A DNA stretch of 64,000 nt from assembly GCF_028368995.1 (NCBI RefSeq), contig NZ_JAQNDL010000002.1, positions 1,088,001-1,152,000 on the forward strand. The letters are read 5' to 3'. Both the position numbers and the translations under genes were made by a program. The stretch is from Nannocystis bainbridge (GTDB lineage: Bacteria; Myxococcota_A; Polyangia; Nannocystales; Nannocystaceae). Below are positions 29,001-37,064 of this stretch, in pieces; positions within the stretch are counted from its first letter, which is position 1, and every line of letters begins with the position of its first letter. Under the pieces are notes generated by a model. The model worked only from the letters and a program-made list of their open reading frames with translations, did no database searches and had not been told where the DNA came from.

Positions 29001-29279
29001 GTCGAGAGCCAGTCGGTCGACAGCAACGTGCCGTTCTTCGGCGAGCTCGGCGGTTGGTGGTGGTGGCGCCCGTGGTGGCGCTTCAGCCACACCGAGATGC
29101 GCGACGATCGCATGCTGCTGTTCGCCGACCACCTGCCGGCGGGCGTCTACACGTACAGCTACACCGCCCGCGCGACCTCGATCGGCGACTTCAGCCTGCC
29201 GCCCGTGCGCGCCGAGGCGATGTACATGCCCGAGGTGTTCGGCCACGGCGCCTCGACCAAGGTGCGCGTGGTCGAGTGA
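23010..29279 (+). CDS. Bacterial alpha-2-macroglobulin family lipoprotein
   Basis: Lipobox FLPSC, Big_5-like domains, FFYTDRQPYKPGETV, AVMVVDEGVLSL, MPENLTSFRVMAVA, thioester motif YECTEQ, C-terminal AEAMYMPEVFG. Confidence 0.92.
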   Translation: MRDHKRQIRRTAPAGLFAAMFFLPSCTPKTPPPANETDTTRETAQTPKLDLWAGVPAIEPEDSDIAAELTPTPGPKPPPSVSEKIELPFPPPAPPSKQTQDLAQEGPLKVLRTSPTEKAPGLVGSVSAVFNQPMVPLASIDDLKLERSPLTIEPLPPGKFRWLGTQMIAFEPEGRMPYSTTYTAKVVAGETSTMGTKLVKEVKWQFTTPSLEIESFSPGEYEFATLDPVLVLRFNQKIDRDKLLAAMRVKGGAASFTQVAPEQWDTLPEPYRSQAKQGPQERVLVLKPTTSLTANTLYNLEIPPGVYGEGPNPSKAIKLKLRTYPPLTLNGPRCSSDYYWECNPMAGLTVSASNELLTDPGAEKKVKVTPEVPDLKVTVAGSIHLAGKFRGLGTYTIEVEPGLKDIHGQELKAPYRKTVTLPALDASLQWADRPVDPAVLEPSHSGQLDLKATGLSSVEVRARAFEPSELRKVLVDRHVRYDGEWPDSLKTPTWDKLFDVRESRVEAATVSLDARALGAGNGKFVLLGARSNAIGDSNWRYRQSLTQVVQVTRLGVTAALDSDSGVILVTDIETGEPLSGVELGLHNMSLDSAAWSGTSGPDGLAELKHGTQYDQPYILARYQGEVAYVPLQQTADNSWGSWMHTNREDEPRIFFYTDRQPYKPGETVHLQGIVREETRGPAGKVQLWRPDTPASYTVNGPRGHEVAKGELKIGQFGTFSVDIPIPADGDTGSYSLQVNSPGGLFSSERSFYHAFEVQQFRAPEFEVKVERPAAAPLLYGDTLQAEIKASYFHGAPMVGAEATYTLRRQDSPYRPPGSENESFTFGKGGQEWWFGGGDFGHFEGGGGLYRGKGFPGSFGNDILVRQGSGQTDARGLLAVTHLLAAVETPWGQKTPVPPAGPKSEEPPSASTYTLEAAVVDENRQSIAGRSTYVVHPASEYAGVRADRSVYRAGERARLEAVVVDVEGKRVSGRDVQVKLVRKETSRAAVQENGSWQYKYETVDVEVGNCALVSAEAPVNCELVVDKAGSYDIRALISDPKGNKSLSKHPFYVYGEDAVVWQQDQHRVDMVPDKRTYEPGDKATVLVRSPFDKARGLVVVAREGIVSHYPIEVKGGAATIEVPIDEAQIPNLRASVLLVRGRVEVPGAPPGQDLGRPAFAVGHVDLKVAATRKKIALEVVPEKTEVAPKDTLKLTLKAKDFGGAPQKAAVAVMVVDEGVLSLMGFQTPDPLAFFHHDRDPGVSLYDMRQFLVAKKDAEPPVPVPEAQQSVPADALGDTGLGMRGTGAGGGGYGSSAGFLGGMADKAGAPPPAMPMEAAEERKEAEASNVMQKNKRQATFTTTLDTTVAMNQPISLRSLFATTAYFNAEVAIDASGEATVEIPMPENLTSFRVMAVAVDPDQADRFGSGEASVKVRKPIMLRPSLPRFANFGDKFEASVMVDNQTSEPQAILVGTRGSNVVVSGEPTVGVEIPAGESREVRFPMAVDRVGTMRLQFAALSNGGRDATELALPVHYPATRQAFADYGVTDGSIARTLKVPDDALPAFGGLEVSMSSTALTGLEDAVDFLVGYKYECTEQLASRLLPIFVLGPVLEQFPIASVSDLVKRQALGAAGVARIQSRQNWDGGFRFWDEAARSSPYLTAWVTFAWLEGKAAGFKVDDSAIDRAMNYLDNFVRNGEATPWGRFYDHTSRAFALWLMSRDGRGSDLFERVYAKRKEMPLYAHALLLSTAHRYGMTGSRDALLQEFRSKVVENAKTAHFAESKREGDDSYGLQVLMHSNVQTDAIALMALLEVAEADPLLPKVMAGILDDRDPKKGGQWGTTHANAWALLAASRYFTTIEKDVPDYVARVWLDSAFAGERAFKGRSMAVVEQQIPMSKLIEQKPRELLLSKDGPGLLYYRLGLRYAPADLAMKAESQGFTVHRSYEPLAQGGDKPDPESVKKLEDGTWQIKAGALVRVNLTLVAKDRANYVVVDDPLPAGFEGQNAKFSTTLRDVQGGVESQSVDSNVPFFGELGGWWWWRPWWRFSHTEMRDDRMLLFADHLPAGVYTYSYTARATSIGDFSLPPVRAEAMYMPEVFGHGASTKVRVVE

Positions 29280-29365
29280 CCGCACGCCGCGGCGGCCCCG
29301 TCGGCGATGTGTTTCGCCGGCGGGGCTGGTCGCGGCCGCCACCTCGTGTAACCATGGGGAGGACG

Positions 29366-30217
29366 ATGACCGCGCCGCGCTCGCTCGTCCTCCTCCTCGC
29401 GCTCGCCGCTTGCGGCGCGCACGGCCGCGGCAAGCAGGCCGCCGCGCCGGGCGCCCGTTCGTCGTCGGCGGACAAGCTGTTCGACGACACCAGCGTCGAG
29501 AGCCGCACCGGCGGCGGCAGCGGCAGCGCCCAGGCCCCGATCCCGCGCTGCGGCCCGCGCGACTCCTATCAATACGTCGCCCGCGATTTCCGCTGCCCCG
29601 GCGGCGGCAACCCGTTCGACGGCGACGCGGCCGCGGCCGCCGACGCGCGCGCCGGCAGCCTCGGGCCCGACGACCGCGGGCACATGGTCGACGTGTACGA
29701 AGTGCCATGTCCCAAAGGCAAGGTCGAGGTCTTCGTCGACATGTACGGCTGCCCCGAGATGGAGGCCCAGCTGGCGCGCGACCGCAACCTCGCCGATCCG
29801 CTCGAGCTCGACGTCCACTTCGCCGCCGGTCGCTACGACGAGGTCCGGACCCGCTGCATCGCCCTGGCCGACGCGGCCCAGAAGCGCGGCAGCAGCGACG
29901 AGGCCTCCTCGCTCAGCATCTACCACTGCGGGATCTTCACCCCCGCGCTGCTCGTGCGCGCCGGCCTCTCCGATCAGGCAGTGTCCGCCGCCGGTCAGAC
30001 CTGCCAGTCGTACCCGCCGGTGTCGCCGCGCAGCAGCGTGCGCGTCGAGGTCCTGGTCGGCATCGTCGACGCCATCGCCCGCATGTGGGCCGGCGACAAG
30101 GTCCCGGCGCGCGAGGGCGGCGACCGCCTGGGGGCCCTCCTGCCGCAGCTGCTGCGCGCCTGCGACGTCGAGGCCGACACCTTCATGCGCGCCTTCGAGG
30201 CCGCCGGCGGCGAGTGA
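29366..30217 (+). CDS. Hypothetical lipoprotein
   Basis: GGAGG SD, lipobox LLLALAAC, motifs CGPRDSY...RCP...HMVDVYEVPC...VFVDMYGC. Confidence 0.7.
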   Translation: MTAPRSLVLLLALAACGAHGRGKQAAAPGARSSSADKLFDDTSVESRTGGGSGSAQAPIPRCGPRDSYQYVARDFRCPGGGNPFDGDAAAAADARAGSLGPDDRGHMVDVYEVPCPKGKVEVFVDMYGCPEMEAQLARDRNLADPLELDVHFAAGRYDEVRTRCIALADAAQKRGSSDEASSLSIYHCGIFTPALLVRAGLSDQAVSAAGQTCQSYPPVSPRSSVRVEVLVGIVDAIARMWAGDKVPAREGGDRLGALLPQLLRACDVEADTFMRAFEAAGGE

Positions 30218-30235
30218 CCGGCGCTCGCGGGCCGC

Positions 30236-31510
30236 TCACTTGCGCGGGCGCTCGCTCGCCGCGTCGGGCACCCACTCGAGTGTCTCTTGGGACATGTCGA
30301 TGAGGGCATGTCCGAAAGTTCCTTCGAGCTCGGCCCGCAGCGCGCGCGCCAGCGCCTCGTAGTGGGCGACCTCGTTGTAGAGCTGGGCCGAGATCCGGAT
30401 CAGCCGCTGCGGCGGGGCCGGCCACCACGGCACCGGCACCTCGATGCGGTGGCGCGACAGCAGCGCGTCCTGCAGCGGGTCCGACGTCAGCGGCGTCACC
30501 ACCTGGCCATCGGGACCTGGCGGAAGGGACAGGCTCGCCAGGCTGCCCAGCATCGCCTCCGGGGCCGGCAGCGCCGCGCCGATCGCCTTGGCCACGAGCT
30601 TGCGGCCGGCGCACGCCAGCGCGTGGTTGCGCGCCTGCACCTCGGGCCAGCCGCCGGGCAGCATCTCGCCCATCTCGCGCAGGGCCGCGGGCACGCACAG
30701 CCACGGCGACGGGTCGGCGGTGCCGGTCCAGTCGAACTCGGCCTGCAGCCGCGAGCCCGCGCGCGGGTCGTTGAACCCGTGGCTGATCACGGCCGGGTGG
30801 ATCGGCTCCTGACGGTCGCGGCGGACGTGCAGGATCGCCGCGCCCTTGGGCGCGCACACCCACTTGTGGAGGTTGCCGGTGTAGTAGGCCGCGCCGATCG
30901 CGTCGAGGTCGAGCGGGACCATCCCGGGCGCGTGGGCGCCGTCGACCAGGCAGTCGACGCCGCGCTCCTGCAGCGCCGCGACGATGCCGGCGATCGGCAG
31001 CAGCAGCCCGGTCGGGCTGGTCACGTGGTCGACCAGCGCCAGCCGGGTGCGCGGCGTGACCGCGGCGAGGACCGCCGCGATCGCCTCGTCGGGCCCGCTG
31101 ATGGGGAAGGGCAGGGCGGCGGTGACCACCTTCGCACCTGTCCGATGGGCCACGTAGCGGGCGGCGTTGTTGCAGGCGTTGTAGCCGTGCGAGGTGATCA
31201 GCAGCTCGTCGCCGGGGCTGAACTCGAGCGAGCGCAGGATCGCGTTGACGCCCTCGCTGGCGTTGCGCACGAACACCAGGTCGCGCGGATCGGCGCCGAC
31301 GAACGCGGCCGCCGCCTCGCGCGCGGCCGCGAGCGGGGCCTGCAGATCGCGGAGGAAGAAGCGCACGGGCTGCCGCTCCATGCGCCGCCGCAGCTCGTCC
31401 TGGACCGCGAGCACCGCCCGGGGGCACGCGCCGAAGCTGCCGTGGTTGAGGAACACGACCTCCGGATCGAGGGTCCAGCGGCTCCGGAGCTCGGCGGCGA
31501 CGGGCGACAT
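30236..31510 (-). CDS. Class V PLP-dependent aminotransferase (isopenicillin N epimerase / cysteine-sulfoxide lyase-like)
   Basis: FLNHGSFGACP, DHVTSPTG, VDGAHAPG, NLHKWVCAPKG, WTGTADP, RISAQLYN. Confidence 0.9.
   Translation of the reverse strand: MSPVAAELRSRWTLDPEVVFLNHGSFGACPRAVLAVQDELRRRMERQPVRFFLRDLQAPLAAAREAAAAFVGADPRDLVFVRNASEGVNAILRSLEFSPGDELLITSHGYNACNNAARYVAHRTGAKVVTAALPFPISGPDEAIAAVLAAVTPRTRLALVDHVTSPTGLLLPIAGIVAALQERGVDCLVDGAHAPGMVPLDLDAIGAAYYTGNLHKWVCAPKGAAILHVRRDRQEPIHPAVISHGFNDPRAGSRLQAEFDWTGTADPSPWLCVPAALREMGEMLPGGWPEVQARNHALACAGRKLVAKAIGAALPAPEAMLGSLASLSLPPGPDGQVVTPLTSDPLQDALLSRHRIEVPVPWWPAPPQRLIRISAQLYNEVAHYEALARALRAELEGTFGHALIDMSQETLEWVPDAASERPRK
30281..30322. repeat. 14-bp unit array in the aminotransferase 3' tail
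   Basis: TGTCTCTTGGGACA|TGTCGATGAGGGCA|TGTCCGAAAGTTCC. Confidence 0.8.
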
Positions 31511-31560
31511 CCCCGATCCTTACCACGCCCGTCGCGGCGCATCCTCATTATACTGGCCGG

Positions 31561-32880
31561 GTGCTGCGTCGCGTCGTCGAGCCGATCTTCGGGGTCGCGT
31601 TACGGATCTTCTTCCGCCGGATCGAGCTCGACGGCCTGTCGCGCGTGCCCGCCGACGGGCCGGTGATGTTCGTGCTCAACCACCCCAACGCGCTGATCGA
31701 TCCGGCCTTCTTGCTGTGCCTGTCGCCGCGCCCGGTGGCGTTCCTGGCCAAGGCCCCGCTGTTCAAGACACCTGTCCTCGGGGCCATCGTGCGCGCGTTC
31801 GACTCGATCCCGGTGTACCGCCGGCAGGACGAGGGCGGCGCGCGCGTCGACAACGGCGACACCTTCCGTCTCGCGCGCGAGCTGCTGTTGCGCGGCCGCG
31901 CCATCGCCATCTTCCCCGAGGGCACCTCGCACTCGGATCCCGACCTCAAGCCGCTCAAGACCGGCGCCGCGCGCATCGCTCTCGGGACCGGCCTCGAGGA
32001 CCTCACGATCATCCCCGCGGGTCTCTTCTACACCGCCAAGGCGCGGTTCCGCAGCGACGCGCTGGTCTACTTCGGCGCCCCGCTGAGCGTGCCGCACGCC
32101 CCGCTCGACGAGCGCGGCGAGCCGCCCGCCGGCGCGGTCGCGTCGCTGACCCGCGACATCGACGTGGCCCTGCGCGCCGTCACCTTGCACGGCGACGATC
32201 ACGAGATCCTGTCGCTCGTCGAGCGCACCTCCGACATCTTCGCCGCCGCCAGCGAAGAGGCGTGGAGCGTCGCCGAGGCGTTCGAGCTGCGGCAGAAGCT
32301 GCTCACCGGCCACGCGCGCCTGCGGGCCCGCGACCCTGCGCGCCTCGACGCGCTCATCGCCCGCGTGCTCCGCTACGAGCGCGACCTCGCCGAGCTCGGC
32401 CTCGGCCCCGATCACCTCGCGCCCGAGACCATCACCTTCACCGCCAGCCTGCGCTACGCCCTCCGCAGCCTGTTCGCGCTCGGCGTCGTGTTCCCGCTCG
32501 CGCTGGCCGGCACCGCGATCCACTACCCCGCGTACCGGGCCAGCGGCATGGTCGCCGCGCGCGTCGCCGGCAAGTACGAGGACATGGTCGCGACCGGCAA
32601 GCTGCTCGCGGCCATGGCCTTCTTCCCGCTCACGTGGGTGCTCGTCGGCCTCGCCGCCGGTCAATTCGGGGGCCTGCGGGCCGGGCTCGTCGCGGGCCTG
32701 CTGTTCGCGCCGCTCGCCGGCTGGGCCGCGCTCTCGTTCTGGGAGCGCTTCGCCACCGTGCGGGCCGCCGCGCACGGCCTCGGCCTGTTCTTCCTGCGCC
32801 GTCATCTGCTCACGCACCTGAGCGACGAGCGGCGGGCCATCCGCGCCGAGATCCTCGCGCTCGCCGAAGTCGTCGCCTGA
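31561..32880 (+). CDS. Lysophospholipid/glycerol acyltransferase (PlsC family) with C-terminal TM region
   Basis: NHPNALID (HxxxxD), FLAKAPLF, IPVYRRQD, IFPEGTSH, LKTGAARIA. Confidence 0.9.
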   Translation: MLRRVVEPIFGVALRIFFRRIELDGLSRVPADGPVMFVLNHPNALIDPAFLLCLSPRPVAFLAKAPLFKTPVLGAIVRAFDSIPVYRRQDEGGARVDNGDTFRLARELLLRGRAIAIFPEGTSHSDPDLKPLKTGAARIALGTGLEDLTIIPAGLFYTAKARFRSDALVYFGAPLSVPHAPLDERGEPPAGAVASLTRDIDVALRAVTLHGDDHEILSLVERTSDIFAAASEEAWSVAEAFELRQKLLTGHARLRARDPARLDALIARVLRYERDLAELGLGPDHLAPETITFTASLRYALRSLFALGVVFPLALAGTAIHYPAYRASGMVAARVAGKYEDMVATGKLLAAMAFFPLTWVLVGLAAGQFGGLRAGLVAGLLFAPLAGWAALSFWERFATVRAAAHGLGLFFLRRHLLTHLSDERRAIRAEILALAEVVA

Positions 32881-33024
32881 GCCGCGCACCGGCCCGAGGT
32901 CCCGCGCACCTCGGGTCATGGGAAGATGCGTCCGCCGAAACTGTCATCGGCGTTACAGAAAGAATTGTCGCTCTGCGGGCGATCTGCGCCGAGCCCGCTG
33001 TGCCGCGCGATGCCGCGCTGAGCT

Positions 33025-35778
33025 ATGACTGAGCCCGCCGTGAACGCACCGCACACCTCGGCAGACACGCCGGTCATGCGCCAGTTCCTCGACATCAAGC
33101 GTCAGTTCCCTGACGCGATCGTGATGTTCCGGATGGGCGACTTCTACGAGATGTTCTTCGACGACGCGCTCACCGTCGGGCCCGTTCTCGAGATCGCCGT
33201 CACCACCCGCGACAAGGGCGAGGTCGAGAACCCGGTGCCGATGGCGGGCGTGCCGTACCACGCGATCGGCGGCTACCTGCGGACCCTGGTCGAGCGCGGC
33301 TTCAAGGTCGCGATCTGCGAGCAGATGGAGACCCCGGAGCAGGCTCGCCTGCGCAAGGGCCCGAGCAAGATCGTCCGCCGCGAGGTCGTCCGCGTCGTCA
33401 CCCCTGGCGTGCTGGTCGACGAGGAGCACCTGCGCGGCGAGGAACCCAACTACCTGGTCGCGCTGGCCCACGACGCCGCCGGCACCTACGGGCTCGGCGC
33501 GCTCGACATCTCGTGCGGCGAGTTCTTCGTCGTCACCTGCGAGGGCGCCGGCGCGGTGCGGGCCGCGCTGTCGCGCCTGGCGCCGCGCGAGATCGTGTGC
33601 GAGCCGGGGCTGCACCCGTGGCTGGGGCTCGAGCTCGGGCCGCTGTGCCCGCGGCTCGAGGGCCGCGATCCGGCCGCCGTCGGCGCCGCCCAGCTGGCCC
33701 GCGTCAAGCGCCTGCGCGAGGAGAGCGGCGGCGAGGCGCTGGCGCCGGTCGAGGCGCAGGCCGCCGCGCTCGCGCTGGCCTACGCCGAGGACACCCAGCC
33801 GGGCCAGACCTTGCTGCTGCATCGACTGCGGCGCCAGGCCTTCGAGGCCCACCTCGTGCTCGACGACGCCTCGCTGCGCAACCTCGAGGTGTTCCGCACG
33901 CTGCGCGACGGCCAGCGCAAGGGCAGCCTGCTGTGGGCCGTCGACGCCACCCGCACCGCCATGGGCGCGCGCCTGCTGCGGGCCTGGCTCGGCGCCCCTC
34001 TGCGCGCGCTCGGGGCCATCCGCGAGCGCCACGACGCCATCGAGGCCCTGCTCGCCGAGCCGCGCGTGCGCGGCGACCTGCAGGACCGCCTCAAGGACGT
34101 CCGCGACATCGCCCGCCTGGCCGCGCGCGCCCGCCTCGGCACCGTCAGCCCGCGCGAGCTGGCGGCCCTGCGCCAGTCGCTGGCGGCGTTGCCCGGGGTC
34201 GCCGCGCTGCTGCAGGAGCTGGCCCGCCGGCGCATCCCGCTGCTCACCGAAGGACAGGTCCCCGAGGACATGTCCGAGGGGACATGCGCCAAGAGCCAGG
34301 CCGAAGCCGCCCGCCTGCCGGTCCTGCTCGACCTCGGCGAGGACCTGCTGCAGGACGTCCACGCCGCGCTGGTCCGCCTGCTGGTCGACGAGCCGCCGGC
34401 CCACCAGCGCGACGGCGGCATGATCCGCGCCGGCGCCGACCCGGAGCTCGATCGCCAGCTCGGCCTGCGCGACGGCGGCCGCGAGGCGCTGGCGGCCATC
34501 GAGGCCCGCGAGCGCGAGCGCACCGGCATCGCCAACCTCCGCGTCCAGCACAACCGCGTGTTCGGCTACTACATCGAGGTCCTCAAGACCCAGCTGTCGC
34601 GCGTGCCGGCCGAGTACGTGCGCAAGCAGACCACCGCCAACGCCGAGCGCTACGTGACCGCCGAGCTGGCCGAGCACGAGACCGCGGTGCTCGGCGCCGT
34701 CGCGGCCGCGCTCGAGCGCGAGCAGCAGCTGTTCACCGCGCTGCGCGAGCAGGTCTCGGCGGCCGGCGATCGCCTATTGGCCGCCGCCGAGGGGCTGGCG
34801 CGGCTCGACGTGCTGGCCGGGCTGGCGGAGATCGCCGAGGACCACGCGTATGTCCGTCCGGACATGGTCGAAGAGCCAGTCCTCGACATCGAGGAGGGCC
34901 GCCACCCGGTCGTCGAGCGCATGCTCGACGCCGGCCGGTTCGTGCCCAACAACCTGGCCCTGCGCGCCTCGACCACCGCGAACACCGGGGCAGGGCGGCT
35001 GATGCTGCTGACCGGCCCCAACATGGGCGGCAAGAGCACGGCGATGCGCATGGCGGCGCTGGTGGCGATCCTCGCCCACGCCGGCGCCTTCGTGCCGGCG
35101 GTGCGGGCCCGCGTCGGCGTCGTCGACCGCGTGTTCACCCGCGTCGGCGCCGCCGACGACCTCGGCCGCGGCGAGTCGACCTTCATGGTCGAGATGCGCG
35201 AGGCCGCCCAGATCTTGAGCCAGGCGACCCCGCGCAGCCTGGTCCTGCTCGACGAGATCGGCCGCGGCACCGCGACCTACGACGGCCTCGCGCTGGCGTG
35301 GGCGATCACCGAATTCCTCCACGACCAGATCGGCTGCCGCGCGCTGTTCGCCACCCACTACCACGAGCTCACGCAGCTGCAGGCGCGCCTGGTCGGGCTG
35401 CGCAACGCCCACGTCACCGTGCACGAGGAGCGCGGCAGCATCGTGTTCCTGCACCGCGTCGAGGCCGGGCCGGCCGAGCGCAGCTACGGCATCCAGGTCG
35501 GCCGTCTCGCCGGCCTGCCGGCGTCGGTGCTGCGGCGGGCGCAGAAGCTGCTCACGCGCCTGGAGCAGGCCCAGGGCGAGGCGCGGCCGCTGCCGCAGCT
35601 CGACCTGTTCGCGGCCCCGACGCCGCCGCCGCAGGTCGTCGACGCCGCTCCGCCGGCCCTGGCCGCGATCCTGGCCGATCTGCGGGCTCTCCACCCCGAC
35701 GAGCTGAGCCCGCGCCACGCGCACGAGGCCCTGCGTCGGCTCCACGAGCGCCTGGTCGCGGTCGAAGGCGGCAGCTGA
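33025..35778 (+). CDS. mutS: DNA mismatch repair protein MutS
   Basis: TPVMRQF, FRMGDFYEMF, VVRVVTPG, TGPNMGGKST, GESTFMVEM, DEIGRGT, FATHYHEL, SYGIQV, QLDLF clamp-binding motif. Confidence 0.97.
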   Translation: MTEPAVNAPHTSADTPVMRQFLDIKRQFPDAIVMFRMGDFYEMFFDDALTVGPVLEIAVTTRDKGEVENPVPMAGVPYHAIGGYLRTLVERGFKVAICEQMETPEQARLRKGPSKIVRREVVRVVTPGVLVDEEHLRGEEPNYLVALAHDAAGTYGLGALDISCGEFFVVTCEGAGAVRAALSRLAPREIVCEPGLHPWLGLELGPLCPRLEGRDPAAVGAAQLARVKRLREESGGEALAPVEAQAAALALAYAEDTQPGQTLLLHRLRRQAFEAHLVLDDASLRNLEVFRTLRDGQRKGSLLWAVDATRTAMGARLLRAWLGAPLRALGAIRERHDAIEALLAEPRVRGDLQDRLKDVRDIARLAARARLGTVSPRELAALRQSLAALPGVAALLQELARRRIPLLTEGQVPEDMSEGTCAKSQAEAARLPVLLDLGEDLLQDVHAALVRLLVDEPPAHQRDGGMIRAGADPELDRQLGLRDGGREALAAIEARERERTGIANLRVQHNRVFGYYIEVLKTQLSRVPAEYVRKQTTANAERYVTAELAEHETAVLGAVAAALEREQQLFTALREQVSAAGDRLLAAAEGLARLDVLAGLAEIAEDHAYVRPDMVEEPVLDIEEGRHPVVERMLDAGRFVPNNLALRASTTANTGAGRLMLLTGPNMGGKSTAMRMAALVAILAHAGAFVPAVRARVGVVDRVFTRVGAADDLGRGESTFMVEMREAAQILSQATPRSLVLLDEIGRGTATYDGLALAWAITEFLHDQIGCRALFATHYHELTQLQARLVGLRNAHVTVHEERGSIVFLHRVEAGPAERSYGIQVGRLAGLPASVLRRAQKLLTRLEQAQGEARPLPQLDLFAAPTPPPQVVDAAPPALAAILADLRALHPDELSPRHAHEALRRLHERLVAVEGGS
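34243..34298. repeat. 14-bp unit array inside mutS (3-4 units)
   Basis: CTCACCGAAGGACA|GGTCCCCGAGGACA|TGTCCGAGGGGACA|TGCGCCAAGAGCCA. Confidence 0.85.
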
Positions 35779-35961
35779 GTGCCTGTCCTTCGGGCCATGT
35801 CATGTCGTGAGGCGGCGAGGCGCACAGGTCCGCGGCCCTGCACTCCAGCGGCTCCAGGCAGCTGTCGCGGTTCCGGGGCGCGGCCTGAGCGTGCGGGTTC
35901 GCAAGCGTCACCCGCATCCGAGGACTCAACGCGCGCGCCCGTCCGCGGCAAGCTCGCCTTC

Positions 35962-36939
35962 ATGCCTCTCGTGCGCCTCCGCCTGAGCGTGCTCGCCCTC
36001 GCGGCGACCTCGCTCGCCTGTCCCGCGCTGGTCCCCGACGCCCAGGACAGCGACGACGGCGGGGCCTCCGACAGCTCGTCCTCGGAGCCGGCGCCGCCCG
36101 ACCTGCCGCCGCCGGGCCCGCAGGACGTCGTCGTCGCCACCTTCAACGTGCACCGCTTCTTCGACACGAAGTGCGACAGCGCCACGTGCGGCAACGGGGC
36201 CTACGAAGAGGTCTACTCGCAGGCCGAGTTCACCTACCGCGCCGACCAACTCGCCGACGCCATCGACGAGATGCAGGCCGACATCGTGATGCTGCAAGAG
36301 GTCGAGAGTCAGGCCTGCATCGACGCGCTGGTCGATCGCCTGCCGCAGTTCGAGACCGCGTTCATCGGCGAGACCGGCTTCGTCGCGTCGATCGACACCG
36401 CGATCCTCTCGCGCCTGCCGCTCATCGAGATCCGCAGCCACGGCAAGGCCCCGATCCCGCTGCCCGGCGGCGGCTCGACCCACTTCGCCCGCGACTACCT
36501 CGAGGCCCACCTCGACGCCGGCGGCCGGCGCCTGATCGCCTTTGTCGCCCACTTCAAGTCGAAGAACGACGACGACCCCGATCGCCGCCTGGCCGAGGCG
36601 AACGCCGCCCGCGACCTCATCGACCTCGCCGCCGACAACTACCCCGACGCGCTCGTGCTCATGGGCGGCGATCTCAACGACGTGCCCCAGTCGGAGCCGC
36701 TGCAGGCGATCGAGGCCGGCGGCGGCACCGTGCGCGTCGCCGAGGAGCTCGGCGACGACGACTGGACGTACGTCTACGACGGCGACACGCGCGCCATCGA
36801 CCACCTCTACCTGTCGACCCGCAGCGGCGGCGGCAGCTTCGTCAAGGGCAGCGCCCGCGTCCTCCGCGGCGCCGGCACCGACGGCTGGGGCGGCTCGGAC
36901 CACGCGGCCGTGCGCGGCACCTTCCGCGTCGGTGGCTGA
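35962..36939 (+). CDS. Endonuclease/exonuclease/phosphatase family lipoprotein
   Basis: Lipobox SLAC, VATFNV, LQEVE, HFKS, GGDLND, IDHLY, SDHAAV. Confidence 0.88.
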   Translation: MPLVRLRLSVLALAATSLACPALVPDAQDSDDGGASDSSSSEPAPPDLPPPGPQDVVVATFNVHRFFDTKCDSATCGNGAYEEVYSQAEFTYRADQLADAIDEMQADIVMLQEVESQACIDALVDRLPQFETAFIGETGFVASIDTAILSRLPLIEIRSHGKAPIPLPGGGSTHFARDYLEAHLDAGGRRLIAFVAHFKSKNDDDPDRRLAEANAARDLIDLAADNYPDALVLMGGDLNDVPQSEPLQAIEAGGGTVRVAEELGDDDWTYVYDGDTRAIDHLYLSTRSGGGSFVKGSARVLRGAGTDGWGGSDHAAVRGTFRVGG

Positions 36940-36948
36940 CGGCCGCGG

Positions 36949-37005
36949 CGCTTCCATCGCCCCGCGTCGCTTCCATCGCCCCGCGTCGCTCCGAGCGCCC
37001 CGCGT
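36949..37005. repeat. 19-bp intergenic tandem repeat x3
   Basis: CGCTTCCATCGCCCCGCGT x2 followed by CGCTCCGAGCGCCCCGCGT. Confidence 0.8.
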
Positions 37006-37064
37006 CGCAGGCGGACCCCACGGCGCCGGCGCGCGGCTGTGATACCGTGAGTCCGAGTCTCGGC

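Noticed and set aside
22893-29708. 2271-aa minus-strand ORF and other long overlapping ORFs (e.g. 26066-30217 N-terminal part, 42027-44084, 17416-19023)
   Set aside because: Shadow ORFs of real high-GC genes: Arg/Ala/Gly-rich, with no motifs, and explained by stop-codon scarcity.
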